From the NCBI GenBank assembly GCA_964602415.1, contig CAZRQL010000012.1, forward strand, positions 1,164 through 65,163: 64,000 nucleotides of DNA. The letters run 5' to 3'. The notes beneath the pieces were generated by a model that saw only the letters and a list, made by a program, of their open reading frames with translations, searched no databases and was not told the DNA's origin. Shown in pieces: positions 25,379-35,228 of this stretch. The position numbers and the translations under genes are program-made. The first letter of the stretch is position 1; the number at the start of each line of letters is the position of its first letter. Source of the DNA: an uncultured Roseobacteraceae bacterium (GTDB taxonomy: Bacteria > Bacteroidota > Bacteroidia > Cytophagales > Flammeovirgaceae).

Positions 25379-26494
25379 TTACAATTGTTCACAAAAAGCG
25401 ATAAGATTTTTTGCAAAATTTTGCCAGCTAAGTTCTCGCTGTGCCCGCATGATTTGGTCTTGATAAGAGCGGGGATAAGCGAAAAATCTCACGATAGCAT
25501 TTCTGATTTCCTCAACTTCAGGCTTTTCAACCACTACGCCTGTTTCAAAATCTTCTACCAGCGTGGCCAAACTACCCACGCGGGTAACCAGCATTGGGAT
25601 TTCAAAATGCAGAGAAATGGCCATTACCCCACTTTGGGTAGCTGTTTTGTAGGGCAGCGCACAAATATCAGCGGCACAAAAGTACTCCGCTACTTGGCTG
25701 TCCGGTATGTAGTTGGGATGAAAAAGAAACCTTTCCTGTGGAAGTTTTTTGAGTAAGCCCTCGTAAAAACCCACTTCTTCATAAGGTTCTCCGGCAATAA
25801 GCAAAAAATAATCCGAATCCAATTTTTCAAAGGCTTCTATGAGTAAATCCAACCCTTTGTAGCGTCGGATGAGTCCAAAAAAAAGCACCACCTTTTTATC
25901 TGCGCCAATCCCGAGTTTTTCTCTGGCTTCTTGTTTTGGGGTTTTTACCCCAAAATGATTGTAAAGCGGGTGGGGGATTTCGATGACTCGGGCATGGGGC
26001 TTTAGATACAGCAGGTCGGCTTTCACAGTGGGAGACATCACCACAAAGCCGTCGTGATTTTTTAGGAAATACCGGCTCAGTTGTTTGTCGCCCAACCGCC
26101 TTTCGTGAGGTATCATATTGTCCACAAGGGCGATGGTTTTGATTCCTTTGCGCCTCACACGAGCCGATACTGTTCCCAGCGAAGGGGCAAAAAATGGCAT
26201 CCAATAACGGGTAAGCAAAAAATCGGGCGAATCAGCAATAATTTTTCGCGCTGTGCTGTAATAGGTCCAGGGGTTGATGGTGTCCAGTACGCGGTGCGCC
26301 TGCGGCATCTGTTGCTTGGCTTGTGCAAACTGGCTCTTGCCGGGAAATAAAAAATCAGGGTACTGTCTGGTGAACGTAAATGCCTTTACATCAATATTTT
26401 GCTCTTTAAGAGCCGCCATTAAATTTGTGTTGAATTGGGCAATGCCTCCTCTGTAAGGATAAAAGGTAGAAAGAATGGCAAGACGGCGCAACAT
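25379..26494 (-). CDS. Glycosyltransferase family 4 (GT-B fold)
   Basis: 371-aa GT1/GT4-like pattern: GGIAQF near the N-terminus, and C-terminal LIAGEPYEE...PYKTATQSGV. Confidence 0.75.
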   Translation of the reverse strand: MLRRLAILSTFYPYRGGIAQFNTNLMAALKEQNIDVKAFTFTRQYPDFLFPGKSQFAQAKQQMPQAHRVLDTINPWTYYSTARKIIADSPDFLLTRYWMPFFAPSLGTVSARVRRKGIKTIALVDNMIPHERRLGDKQLSRYFLKNHDGFVVMSPTVKADLLYLKPHARVIEIPHPLYNHFGVKTPKQEAREKLGIGADKKVVLFFGLIRRYKGLDLLIEAFEKLDSDYFLLIAGEPYEEVGFYEGLLKKLPQERFLFHPNYIPDSQVAEYFCAADICALPYKTATQSGVMAISLHFEIPMLVTRVGSLATLVEDFETGVVVEKPEVEEIRNAIVRFFAYPRSYQDQIMRAQRELSWQNFAKNLIAFCEQL

Positions 26495-26503
26495 GGCGCA
26501 AAA

Positions 26504-26728
26504 TTAACTTTCTTGACAATATTGTTCATAGGCTTCCAAAATTTCGTTGATTGCCCATTCATTGAGAGATTTGCCGCTCTTTTTCGCTTCTTCCAGTATG
26601 TGTCCTCTTTTATCGGGAATTTCGGGGTTGTATCTTTCCAACACAAAAGCAATGTCTTTATTGGTAATGATCATTTTTGCCTGTCTGCCCAACATAGCAA
26701 AAGTACTTTGGATAACTTGTTGATTCAT
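26504..26728 (-). CDS. Small hypothetical protein (74 aa), possibly with an RHH-like C-terminus
   Basis: The ORF ends 9 nt upstream of the GT4 gene on the same strand. The C-terminal LEEAKKSGKSLNEWAINEILEAYEQ resembles the two helices of ribbon-helix-helix proteins. This is weak. Confidence 0.4.
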   Translation of the reverse strand: MNQQVIQSTFAMLGRQAKMIITNKDIAFVLERYNPEIPDKRGHILEEAKKSGKSLNEWAINEILEAYEQYCQES

Positions 26729-27144
26729 AATTGTTACTTTTACAAAATGACGAAAATTAAGCCCAAAAAGTTCTTTTGCTCATGCGAGTCTATGTTCTTT
26801 ATGAGGTGATTGTTTGGTAGCAAAAGGGGTTTGTTTTTTCGTTTTTTCTACATATAAGAGAGCTATAATGTAGAAGCAAACCTTTATACAATTTTACTCT
26901 TGTTTAAATTTGTTAAGAAAAATGTTTTCAATTAGACTCTTATAGACAAAAATTTGAGTGCAACTTGTTTTAGGATTTTTTGAAACATATAATTTTCCAA
27001 CGTTTTAACATTATTTATCTATTTGAGTTTTAAGATTTACAAATATTTAACTTTATTTTCAATCTTATTGGGCATTGATGTAAACAAGGATTCTGTATTT
27101 GGATGCCCAAGATAGGTTGCTGCAATTAGGCAGAAAGTTTTTAG

Positions 27145-27152
27145 TATATTTG
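27145..27152 (+). promoter_or_regulatory. Bacteroidota -7 promoter box (TATATTTG) for prfA
   Basis: Exact TAnnTTTG match about 18 nt upstream of the ATG at 27170. Confidence 0.45.
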
Positions 27153-27169
27153 CCACCATTTTTTAGAGT

Positions 27170-28258
27170 ATGCTTGACAAATTAGAAAAGATAAAAGAGC
27201 GTTTTGACGAGGTGAGTGAGCAAATCAATTTGCCTGAGACCATGGCTGACATGAAACTCTTTGCCAAACTCAACAAAGAGTACAAAGAACTGGAAAAGAT
27301 TATTAAACCTTATTTTTCATACAAAAACACGCTCGATAATATCAAGAGTACCAAAGAGCTATTGGCTGAAGAGAAAGACCCTGAGTTTAGGCAGATTGCC
27401 AAAGAAGAACTTGAACAGCTTTTGAGCCAAAAAGAAGAGCAAGAACTGCTTCTCAAAGAGCTACTCATTCCCAAAGACCCCAATGACAGCAAAAACGTTA
27501 TTTTGGAGATACGCAGCGGCACGGGTGGCGATGAGGCAGCTATTTTTGCAGGTGATTTGTTCCGTATGTACCAAAGGTTTGCCGAAAGAATGAACTGGAA
27601 AATCAGTTTGATAGATGCCACAGAGGGCACCTCCGGCGGCTATAAAGAGATTATTGCCCAAGTTTCGGGCGAGGATGTGTATGGAAAGCTCAAGTACGAA
27701 TCCGGGGTTCATCGGGTTCAGCGCGTACCCGCCACCGAAACCCAAGGAAGAATCCACACATCTGCCGGATCGGTGGCGGTATTGCCTGAGATGGATGATG
27801 TTGAGGTTGAGCTTAATATGAACGACATACGCAAAGACACTTTTTGCTCTTCGGGACCGGGCGGTCAATCTGTAAACACCACCTATTCTGCCATTCGGCT
27901 TACCCATATTCCTACCGGTATCGTGGCGCAGTGTCAGGATGAAAAATCTCAAATCAAAAACTTTGAGAAAGCCTTGAGCGTGTTGCGGTCGAGACTGTAT
28001 GAACTTGAGGTTCAAAAACATAATGACCAAGTGGGAGCGGCTCGCAAGTCTATGGTGGGAAGCGGCGATCGCTCCGATAAAATACGCACCTACAACTACC
28101 CACAGAGCCGCGTAACCGACCACCGTATTGGTTTGACGGTTTACAACTTGCAGGCCGTTATGGATGGTGATATTGAAGAATTTATCGAAAAACTTCGTAT
28201 TGCCGAAAATGCCGAAAGACTCCAAGAGGGAAAGCTCATTGAAGAGTCCGTCAAATAG
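27170..28258 (+). CDS. prfA: Peptide chain release factor 1
   Basis: GGQ motif (SSGPGGQSVNTT) and the RF1-specific PxT tripeptide (RVPATE). Confidence 0.95.
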   Translation: MLDKLEKIKERFDEVSEQINLPETMADMKLFAKLNKEYKELEKIIKPYFSYKNTLDNIKSTKELLAEEKDPEFRQIAKEELEQLLSQKEEQELLLKELLIPKDPNDSKNVILEIRSGTGGDEAAIFAGDLFRMYQRFAERMNWKISLIDATEGTSGGYKEIIAQVSGEDVYGKLKYESGVHRVQRVPATETQGRIHTSAGSVAVLPEMDDVEVELNMNDIRKDTFCSSGPGGQSVNTTYSAIRLTHIPTGIVAQCQDEKSQIKNFEKALSVLRSRLYELEVQKHNDQVGAARKSMVGSGDRSDKIRTYNYPQSRVTDHRIGLTVYNLQAVMDGDIEEFIEKLRIAENAERLQEGKLIEESVK

Positions 28259-28260
28259 CT

Positions 28261-28920
28261 ATGAACCGAGAAATTTATTTGTATGCTTTTTTGCTGGCTA
28301 TTGTTTATGCAGTAGGAGTCTTTGGTTTTTTGCTTGACACAACCGGTTTTTTTGTCAGGCTCACGCCCCTAAACTTATTGTTTACAACTTATGTGTTACT
28401 GAAAAAAGCCGACTTCAGTTCTTGGCTCAAAACTTGGCTGCTTTCAGTGGCTGTTATCGGTTTTTTAGCTGAAATGCTTGGAGTCAATACCGGATGGATT
28501 TTTGGTAGTTATTCTTATCAATACGCTTTGGGATACAAACTGGCCAACACGCCTATCGTCATAGGGTTAAATTGGGCAATAGTGGTATATGCTTCTTGTG
28601 CAACTGTGGATGTTTTTTTTCCTAAAGAATTTAAAATGACCTTTTTTCAGTCTAAAGCCTTTTGGGTGGGAAAAATGGCACTATTGGCGGCGATTTTGGC
28701 CACGGGGCTTGACTATGTTATAGAACCTGTGGCAACGCGGTATTATTTTTGGACTTGGCAAGGAGAACAAATCCCGATTTACAATTTTGTTTGCTGGTTT
28801 GTGTTGGCATTTTTATTTTCAGTGGTCTATTTTTTTCTTAAACCATTAGAGAAAAACCGGTTAGCTCCTTTTGTTTTACTCATACAGTTCCTCTTTTTTG
28901 CAATTTTGAATTTGTTCTAA
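28261..28920 (+). CDS. Carotenoid biosynthesis protein family (DUF422/CruF-like) membrane protein
   Basis: 219-aa polytopic protein with NTGWIFGSYSYQYALGYKLANTPIVIGLNWAIV, as I recall for PF04240. It starts 2 nt after the prfA stop. Confidence 0.65.
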   Translation: MNREIYLYAFLLAIVYAVGVFGFLLDTTGFFVRLTPLNLLFTTYVLLKKADFSSWLKTWLLSVAVIGFLAEMLGVNTGWIFGSYSYQYALGYKLANTPIVIGLNWAIVVYASCATVDVFFPKEFKMTFFQSKAFWVGKMALLAAILATGLDYVIEPVATRYYFWTWQGEQIPIYNFVCWFVLAFLFSVVYFFLKPLEKNRLAPFVLLIQFLFFAILNLF

Positions 28921-28981
28921 ATACCAGACAAACTTATCATTTATTAATTTGTTGTTATCTTTGTAAAGATATTTTAATTAA

Positions 28982-30088
28982 ATGGTTACATCTGTTCCTA
29001 AAGTAAAATTTATTCCTGTTCAGAAAGATAGGAATCAATTTTTTTCTGTTCTCAAAAGTCGTGTAGATGAATATTTTGAGAACAATAGTTTGTCTCGTAA
29101 TGCAAACAAAGCTATGGTATTCAAGACAATAGCTATGTTTGCGATGTTTTTTGTTCCTTATGGTTTGATTATTTCCGGCTATGTAGGCTATCCATTGGCT
29201 ATTTTGATGTATTTGATTATGGGTATTGGCACTGCTGGCATAGGCTTTTCTGTTATGCACGACTCTGTGCATGGCTCTTACTCTTCAAATCCCACCATCA
29301 ACAAAATCATGGGATTGAGTATGAATATCATCGGAGGCTCGGCTTTTACTTGGAAGATTCAACACAACTTGTTGCACCACACCTACACCAATATTTCAGG
29401 CTTGGATGAGGATATTTCTTATCGCCATCTTTTGCGCTTTTCTCCCAATGATCCGGTTAAAAAAATCCATCGTTTTCAATATTTATATGCCCTGCCTTTA
29501 TACGGACTGATGACTTTTGGTTGGATTCTTTTACAGGACTACACCCAAATGATACGTTATTACCGCGCCGGTTTGGTTGAACGAGTGAAAGGCAACTATG
29601 TCAAAGAGTGGCTTAGTTTATTGTTTTTCAAAAACTTTTACATATTTTATGTGGTGATTTTGCCTATTTTGGTTACAGATTTGCTCTGGTGGCAAGTGCT
29701 GTTGGGTTTGGTAGTCATGCACTATGTGGCCGGCTTAATTATGGCGGGTGTTTTCCAGTTGGCTCACGTAGTCGAAGAAACCCATTTCCCTCTCCCTAAT
29801 GATGAAAATATTGTAGAAAATGCTTGGGCAATACACCAAGTAGAAACCACAATGGATTTTGCACCTACCAATAAGCTGATTACTTGGTTTGTTGGCGGCT
29901 TAAATTTCCAAGTAGAGCACCATCTTTTTCCCAATATTTGTCATGTGCATTACCCTGCCTTAGCGCGCATCACGCAACAAACCGCAGAAGAGTTTGGTAT
30001 TCAATACAACGTGCAAAAAACATTTAGGGGAGCAATAAAGTCTCACCTAAAAATGCTGTACAATCTGGGCAATCCTGCAATTGCTTAA
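28982..30088 (+). CDS. Membrane fatty-acid desaturase (front-end/Delta6-like type without a cytochrome b5 domain)
   Basis: Histidine boxes HDSVHG, HNLLHH and QVEHHLFP, with four TM helices. Confidence 0.85.
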   Translation: MVTSVPKVKFIPVQKDRNQFFSVLKSRVDEYFENNSLSRNANKAMVFKTIAMFAMFFVPYGLIISGYVGYPLAILMYLIMGIGTAGIGFSVMHDSVHGSYSSNPTINKIMGLSMNIIGGSAFTWKIQHNLLHHTYTNISGLDEDISYRHLLRFSPNDPVKKIHRFQYLYALPLYGLMTFGWILLQDYTQMIRYYRAGLVERVKGNYVKEWLSLLFFKNFYIFYVVILPILVTDLLWWQVLLGLVVMHYVAGLIMAGVFQLAHVVEETHFPLPNDENIVENAWAIHQVETTMDFAPTNKLITWFVGGLNFQVEHHLFPNICHVHYPALARITQQTAEEFGIQYNVQKTFRGAIKSHLKMLYNLGNPAIA

Positions 30089-30101
30089 TGTTCTTAAAAG
30101 T

Positions 30102-30134
30102 AAAAAAAATCCCTTTAATAAGGGATTTTTTTTT
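30102..30134. terminator. Bidirectional rho-independent terminator
   Basis: Sequence is A8-TCCCTT-TAAT-AAGGGA-T9. The perfect hairpin is flanked by an A-run and a T-run. It serves the convergent desaturase (+) and DUF349 (-) genes and overlaps the DUF349 stop codon. Confidence 0.7.
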
Positions 30135-32094
30135 ATGCTCCTCGCAAAGCTTTTAGTTGGGTTTTGAGTACATCCAAACGCTCGCGAGAGCTATTGATTT
30201 TGGTTTGAAACTCACTGCGAAGTTTATCGGCTGTTTTGGAGTTGGAAAAGAAACTGAGGTTGTTTTCCCAAAGAGCAATGTCATTTTCAATGGCTGCAAT
30301 CTTCCTGCGTATAATTTGCTCTTTCTCTTGTACTTTCTTGGCGGCTACGGGGAATTTTTCTGAAAGTTCTTTTTGAATTTGAACCCAGACCTTTTCTTTT
30401 TCGGCGGTAGTACATTTTCCCTTTTCAAAAAAATCATCAACTGCGGCCACAAATTGGTCTATGATGGCGTTTTTGTTTTTGTTGGGTACAAATCCCACTG
30501 CAAAAAACTGTTCTTTCAAGCTAATAAATTCCTGTAAGGTGTCTCCTTCTTTGGCAGTGAGTTCTTTGATGGCAGTTATGATCTGTTGCTTTTTGATGAG
30601 GTTATCGTCAAATTCTTTGTCTTTTTCATTTCGACGGTTTCTTTTTCTCTCAAAGAAAGCATCTATTGCAGATTTGAATCGGTTGTAGATACTGTCTCTT
30701 TCTTTTTCAGGTACGGGGCCTATTGTTTTCCATTCTTCTTGGATTTTTTTCATTTCTTCGGCTGTGGCTTCCCAGTTACTGCTTTGGGACAACTCCTCAA
30801 CTTTGATACAAAGCTGTTCTTTGAGTTTAAGGTTTTCGGCTCTGGAAGATTCGACCTGCTCAAAGAACTTGGCTTTATTGGCAAAAAAGGTCTTAAAGTT
30901 GAACCAAAACTGCTTATTGATGTCTTTAGAAACCTCTTTTGGGATGGCACCTACTGCATTCCACTTGTCTTGAATGGCCAAAATTTCTTTTGTTTTGGCA
31001 TTCCAGTCTTTGATTCTATCAGATTCAAAACCAACATATTGTTCAATTTCCAAGCAAAGTTGCTGTTTTACGAGCATGTTTTCTTGCAACTGCTTTTTAA
31101 ACAGCTCAGTGGCTTCTCTTTTTTTGTCGTAAACTTTATCTGAGGCTATTTTGAAGCGATTCCAGATGTTTTCCCGCTCTTCTTTTGGGATAGGGCCGAT
31201 TTCTTTAAACTCTTCATGTATTTTATTGAGGATGTTGACGGCCTGATTGAGGTTTTCCATTTCAAGCAATGCCTCAACTTTTTCACAAAGTTTTATTTTT
31301 TCTTCTAAATTTTTTCTGCGGTCAAGTTCTTTGAGTTCATTTTCTTGGTCTTTGAGGTCAAAAAATCTGTCCATCAAAGCCCTGTAGGTCATGTTAAGTT
31401 CTTCTCGTTCGTTGTAAGGAACGTTACCGACTTCTTTCCATTTTTTTTGTAGTTCTTTAAGTCTTTCGAGGCTGCCCGGCTGGTTGTCCATATTTTCGGT
31501 TAGCGACTTGATTTCCTCGATAACCTGCTTTTTGATGGTCAAATTTTCCAGCTGCTCTTTTTGCTGGCGTTGTTTTGCTCTGGTTTTATTTTCACGATGC
31601 TTTTGCAAATTTCCGTAAAACAGCAAAGCATGCGGGGTTTTTAAATAGTTAAAGTCTGCTTCAGTAGAATCGGGGTTTTCTTTTAAAAAGGCAGCCAGCA
31701 ATTCTTCGCGGTGTCGGCGGTCGTGTTCGTCAAAAATATCTTTGGCGATTTTGAAAAAATGGTCTGCCGCCGCTGAGATTTCTTCGACAAAGGAGTTACT
31801 TCGAGCGGCTAATTCCTCGATACTAAGATTGTGGTACTCAGTTTCTTTTTGAACCTCATCAAATTCAGTGGCCTCGCCTGCGATAGGTTCATCTTCATCA
31901 ACAGCCAACTCAACTTCAGCATTGTCAGCAGGCTCTACCTTAATTGTAGTTTCCTCAGCTACTTGATTGTCAATAGTTTCAGGGGTTTCGCCAAGTTCAG
32001 TGCTTGGGGAAGTGGAGGCATCCACAGGAAGGGAATTTTCAACAGCAGAAGTTGGAACTTCGGGTTGAACAGGAGAATCGTTCATTTCTGACAT
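30133..32094 (-). CDS. DUF349 domain-containing protein
   Basis: 653 aa. An acidic N-terminus is followed by multiple ~75-aa helical repeats with the recurrent W..xG..P...R..xW.RF pattern (e.g. KWKEVGNVPYNEREELN, EEWKTIGPVPEKERDSIYNRFK). Confidence 0.8.
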   Translation of the reverse strand: MSEMNDSPVQPEVPTSAVENSLPVDASTSPSTELGETPETIDNQVAEETTIKVEPADNAEVELAVDEDEPIAGEATEFDEVQKETEYHNLSIEELAARSNSFVEEISAAADHFFKIAKDIFDEHDRRHREELLAAFLKENPDSTEADFNYLKTPHALLFYGNLQKHRENKTRAKQRQQKEQLENLTIKKQVIEEIKSLTENMDNQPGSLERLKELQKKWKEVGNVPYNEREELNMTYRALMDRFFDLKDQENELKELDRRKNLEEKIKLCEKVEALLEMENLNQAVNILNKIHEEFKEIGPIPKEERENIWNRFKIASDKVYDKKREATELFKKQLQENMLVKQQLCLEIEQYVGFESDRIKDWNAKTKEILAIQDKWNAVGAIPKEVSKDINKQFWFNFKTFFANKAKFFEQVESSRAENLKLKEQLCIKVEELSQSSNWEATAEEMKKIQEEWKTIGPVPEKERDSIYNRFKSAIDAFFERKRNRRNEKDKEFDDNLIKKQQIITAIKELTAKEGDTLQEFISLKEQFFAVGFVPNKNKNAIIDQFVAAVDDFFEKGKCTTAEKEKVWVQIQKELSEKFPVAAKKVQEKEQIIRRKIAAIENDIALWENNLSFFSNSKTADKLRSEFQTKINSSRERLDVLKTQLKALRGA

Positions 32095-32235
32095 AAAAAA
32101 TGGATAGGGCTTCTACGCTACACTAATATTTATAGAACACAAAGTTACTGCAATAATAACAAATGCAATACTAAAATCATCTTAATAAACCAATTGTAAC
32201 CCTTTTTGGTTTTTTTCTTTAAAATAAATATAGCG

Positions 32236-32811
32236 TCAATTGAATTTTGGGTCTATCGGAAACTTTGCAAACAGCTTGTATTTTCCTCCCAGTTCGTTCA
32301 GAATACTTTGCCACATGGAGTCCGGCTGGCAGTCGAAAAGTAAGGACGTATCAAAATCCCTAACAATAATCCAAGAGTCGCTTTTCAACTCATCTTCGAG
32401 CTGTCCTGAAGACCATCCGCTGTATCCCAATAAAAACTTAAAATCATTGATTTTGAGTTGGTTGAATTTATATTTAAGCAGCAGGTCTTCTACATCCCCC
32501 CCCCAATAGAGGTCTAATTTTACGTGCTGACTTTGTGTCAAGTTTTCGACTCGATGAAGCAAAAAGAGCTTGTCTTGGCCAACCGGCCCTCCATAATACA
32601 CGGGGAGTTTTAAAGAGACATTTTCAATCAAATCGTCGATATTTATTGGTGTGGGCTTATTTAGTACAAAACCAAAACTACCATTTTCAACGCTATGTTC
32701 GCAAATTAACACAACACTGCGTCTGAAATTGGCATCCCCCAGCATAGGCTCTGAAAGTATCAAATCGCCTGATTTTATGCTTAGGCTATCGTTTAGTTTT
32801 AGATCAAGCAT
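32236..32811 (-). CDS. YqgE/AlgH family (UPF0301) protein
   Basis: GDLILSEPMLGDANFRRSVVLICEHSVENGSFGFVLNKP...GGPV is typical of the family. Confidence 0.85.
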   Translation of the reverse strand: MLDLKLNDSLSIKSGDLILSEPMLGDANFRRSVVLICEHSVENGSFGFVLNKPTPINIDDLIENVSLKLPVYYGGPVGQDKLFLLHRVENLTQSQHVKLDLYWGGDVEDLLLKYKFNQLKINDFKFLLGYSGWSSGQLEDELKSDSWIIVRDFDTSLLFDCQPDSMWQSILNELGGKYKLFAKFPIDPKFN

Positions 32812-32963
32812 TTAACCGCAATATAGTTGCAGTGAGCAACCAACCAAATTTAATTACGCATAATTTTCGGGAAAGATATTTTTTCAGACATAATTTTAAA
32901 AAAGCCGCTAAAAAATTCATCACAAGGCTATCTCATCACACACCAACGGCTTAATTTTACGGC

Positions 32964-34223
32964 ATGAACGTGTTGATACTTGGTTCCGGTGGGCGAGAGC
33001 ACGCCTTTGCTTGGAAACTTGCGCAAAGCCCGCTATTGGGACAGCTTTTTGTTGCTCCGGGAAATGCCGGAACTGCTCAATGGAATACCTCTGAGTTGGT
33101 GGCAGAAGATTTTGAGTCCGTGGCAACATTTTGCCAAAGTCAAGAAATAGACTTACTTCTTGTGGGTCAGGAAGTTTACTTGGTGGAGGGGATTGCAGAC
33201 TTTTTTGCCGACAGGTTGCCTTCTGTTGCGGTGGTAGGGCCAAAGCGTGCCGGAGCCATGCTTGAAGGCAGTAAACAATTTGCTAAAGACTTCATGATCA
33301 GATACAACATACCCACCGCGCGGTATTTTTCCGTTCATGCCCGCAACATAGAGCAGGGGATTGATTTTTTGAAAAAACTTTCGCCGCCTTTTGTGCTCAA
33401 AGCGGATGGACTGGCGGCGGGCAAAGGGGTGCTCATAGAGCACGATAGAGACAAAGCCATTGGCTTGCTCAAAGATATGATTGAAAACCAATCTTTTGGA
33501 AAAGCAAGTGCCACTGTGGTCGTAGAAGAATTTTTGAGTGGCGTGGAGCTTTCTGTTTTTGTGCTTACCGATGGTCGGCACTACCGCCTTTTGCCTACTG
33601 CCAAGGACTACAAACGCATCGGTGAAGCAGACACAGGTCTCAACACAGGCGGCATGGGTGCAGTATCCCCCGTACCATTTGCAAATGAGGAGTTTATGCG
33701 GCAAATCGAAACCCAAATCATACAGCCCACCATCAAAGGAATGGCAGAAGAAAGTATCCCTTATTGCGGTTTTTTGTATTTTGGGTTGATGAATGTAGAG
33801 GGCAATCCTTACGTTATAGAATACAACTGTCGCATGGGAGACCCTGAAACCCAAGCTGTTATTCCCCGCATAGAAAGCGATTTGCTCGAAGCACTTCGGC
33901 TATTGACCCAAGGCAATCTGCATAAAGTCAGTTTGTCCTTTACAAACCAAGCGTCTTGCACAGTGGTGTTGGCCTCCGAAGGCTATCCGGGCAAGGTGCA
34001 GGTCGGGTATCCAATATCGGGCATTGACGAGGTAGAAAGCCTTGTTTTTCAAGCCGGTACAAAGGGCAATTTACTCACTTCAGGCGGCAGGGTGTTGGCG
34101 GTAACAGCCCTTGCCGATTCACTGAGGCAAGCCCGAGAAAAAGCCCTTGCAGACTGTGAAAAAATTGGTTTTCAAGGAAAATATTTCAGACGCGATATAG
34201 GGCTTGATTTGCTAAATAGCTGA
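32964..34223 (+). CDS. purD: Phosphoribosylamine--glycine ligase
   Basis: MNVLILGSGGREHAFAWKL, an ATP-grasp core (VLKADGLAAGKGV, NTGGMGAVSP, VIEYNCRMGDPETQ), and C-terminal GGRVLAVTA. Confidence 0.95.
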   Translation: MNVLILGSGGREHAFAWKLAQSPLLGQLFVAPGNAGTAQWNTSELVAEDFESVATFCQSQEIDLLLVGQEVYLVEGIADFFADRLPSVAVVGPKRAGAMLEGSKQFAKDFMIRYNIPTARYFSVHARNIEQGIDFLKKLSPPFVLKADGLAAGKGVLIEHDRDKAIGLLKDMIENQSFGKASATVVVEEFLSGVELSVFVLTDGRHYRLLPTAKDYKRIGEADTGLNTGGMGAVSPVPFANEEFMRQIETQIIQPTIKGMAEESIPYCGFLYFGLMNVEGNPYVIEYNCRMGDPETQAVIPRIESDLLEALRLLTQGNLHKVSLSFTNQASCTVVLASEGYPGKVQVGYPISGIDEVESLVFQAGTKGNLLTSGGRVLAVTALADSLRQAREKALADCEKIGFQGKYFRRDIGLDLLNS

Positions 34224-35219
34224 ATTGCGCGGTTTTAGCAGGTAAGAAACCCCAAAAGCCAAAGAGCCTGTTGCCCAAGCCATAACCACTTGAGAAGTAT
34301 GAAGCAGCAAAGCAAATTCTTTTGCGGGGCCTTCCGCGACAGCGTACAATATAAGGGCTTGGGTCATAAAATAATGATAACTACCTGCTCCGGCGGGGGT
34401 CGGGAAAGCCATACCTATGCCCCCCATCGCAACCATGGTCAAACCCGCTACTGCTGGCAAGTGTTCGGTCTCACTCATGGCAAAAATTAAAATGTAGGCC
34501 ATTCCGTAATACATAGCCCAAATAAAAAGACTGTGTGCCAAATAAATAGCCAAGCCTCGCTTTGAAAGTTTAGAAAGCCCCAGTACCCCTTGTTTGAGTG
34601 AAATAAGGACGCTGATGATTTTTTGGATTAGTTTGTTGCGCAGCAAAATCCCTTTGAATCTGTACGCCAGAGCCATACCTACAAGCACTAAAAGGCCCAA
34701 AGTCAATAAAATAAGAAATTTGTTCTCCAAACTTGAGCCGCTTTGGTCGTACAAACCGCCCAAAAAATTAATCAGTCTATTGTATTCCAGTAAGATAGCC
34801 AACGTGGTGATAGAAAAAAGCATCACCAAATCCACCACGCGCTCCGCAATCACCGCCCCCAAACTTATGCTCACAGGGACTTGCTCCGTTTTGGCAAAAA
34901 GCCAACACCGCGCAAATTCTCCCAATCTTGGCACCGGTAAGCTATTGACAAAGTACCCGAAAAGTACAGCCAAAAAAGCCCTTGCAACAGAGGCTTTGTA
35001 CCCCAATGGTCTGATGGCCAAACACCACCGCGCTGCCCTACTCAAATGACTCGCTAAGGCCATAAGCATAGAGTAAAGCACCCAAACAGGATTGATAGAC
35101 AATAGCTTGCGGGCTATTTCTGTCAAGTCTTCACCGCCATACAGATACCTGAAGAATAAAACAGCAATGACACTAAAAATCAAAAATTGGAGGACTTGTA
35201 AAAGAAACTTGCGCTTCAT
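34212..35219 (-). CDS. Flippase-like/UPF0104 (lysyl-phosphatidylglycerol synthase TM-region) family membrane protein
   Basis: 335-aa protein with about 8 TM helices and the conserved-looking SRAARW motif after TM2. Family call by resemblance. Confidence 0.6.
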   Translation of the reverse strand: MKRKFLLQVLQFLIFSVIAVLFFRYLYGGEDLTEIARKLLSINPVWVLYSMLMALASHLSRAARWCLAIRPLGYKASVARAFLAVLFGYFVNSLPVPRLGEFARCWLFAKTEQVPVSISLGAVIAERVVDLVMLFSITTLAILLEYNRLINFLGGLYDQSGSSLENKFLILLTLGLLVLVGMALAYRFKGILLRNKLIQKIISVLISLKQGVLGLSKLSKRGLAIYLAHSLFIWAMYYGMAYILIFAMSETEHLPAVAGLTMVAMGGIGMAFPTPAGAGSYHYFMTQALILYAVAEGPAKEFALLLHTSQVVMAWATGSLAFGVSYLLKPRNSAI

Positions 35220-35228
35220 AAAGCAAAA

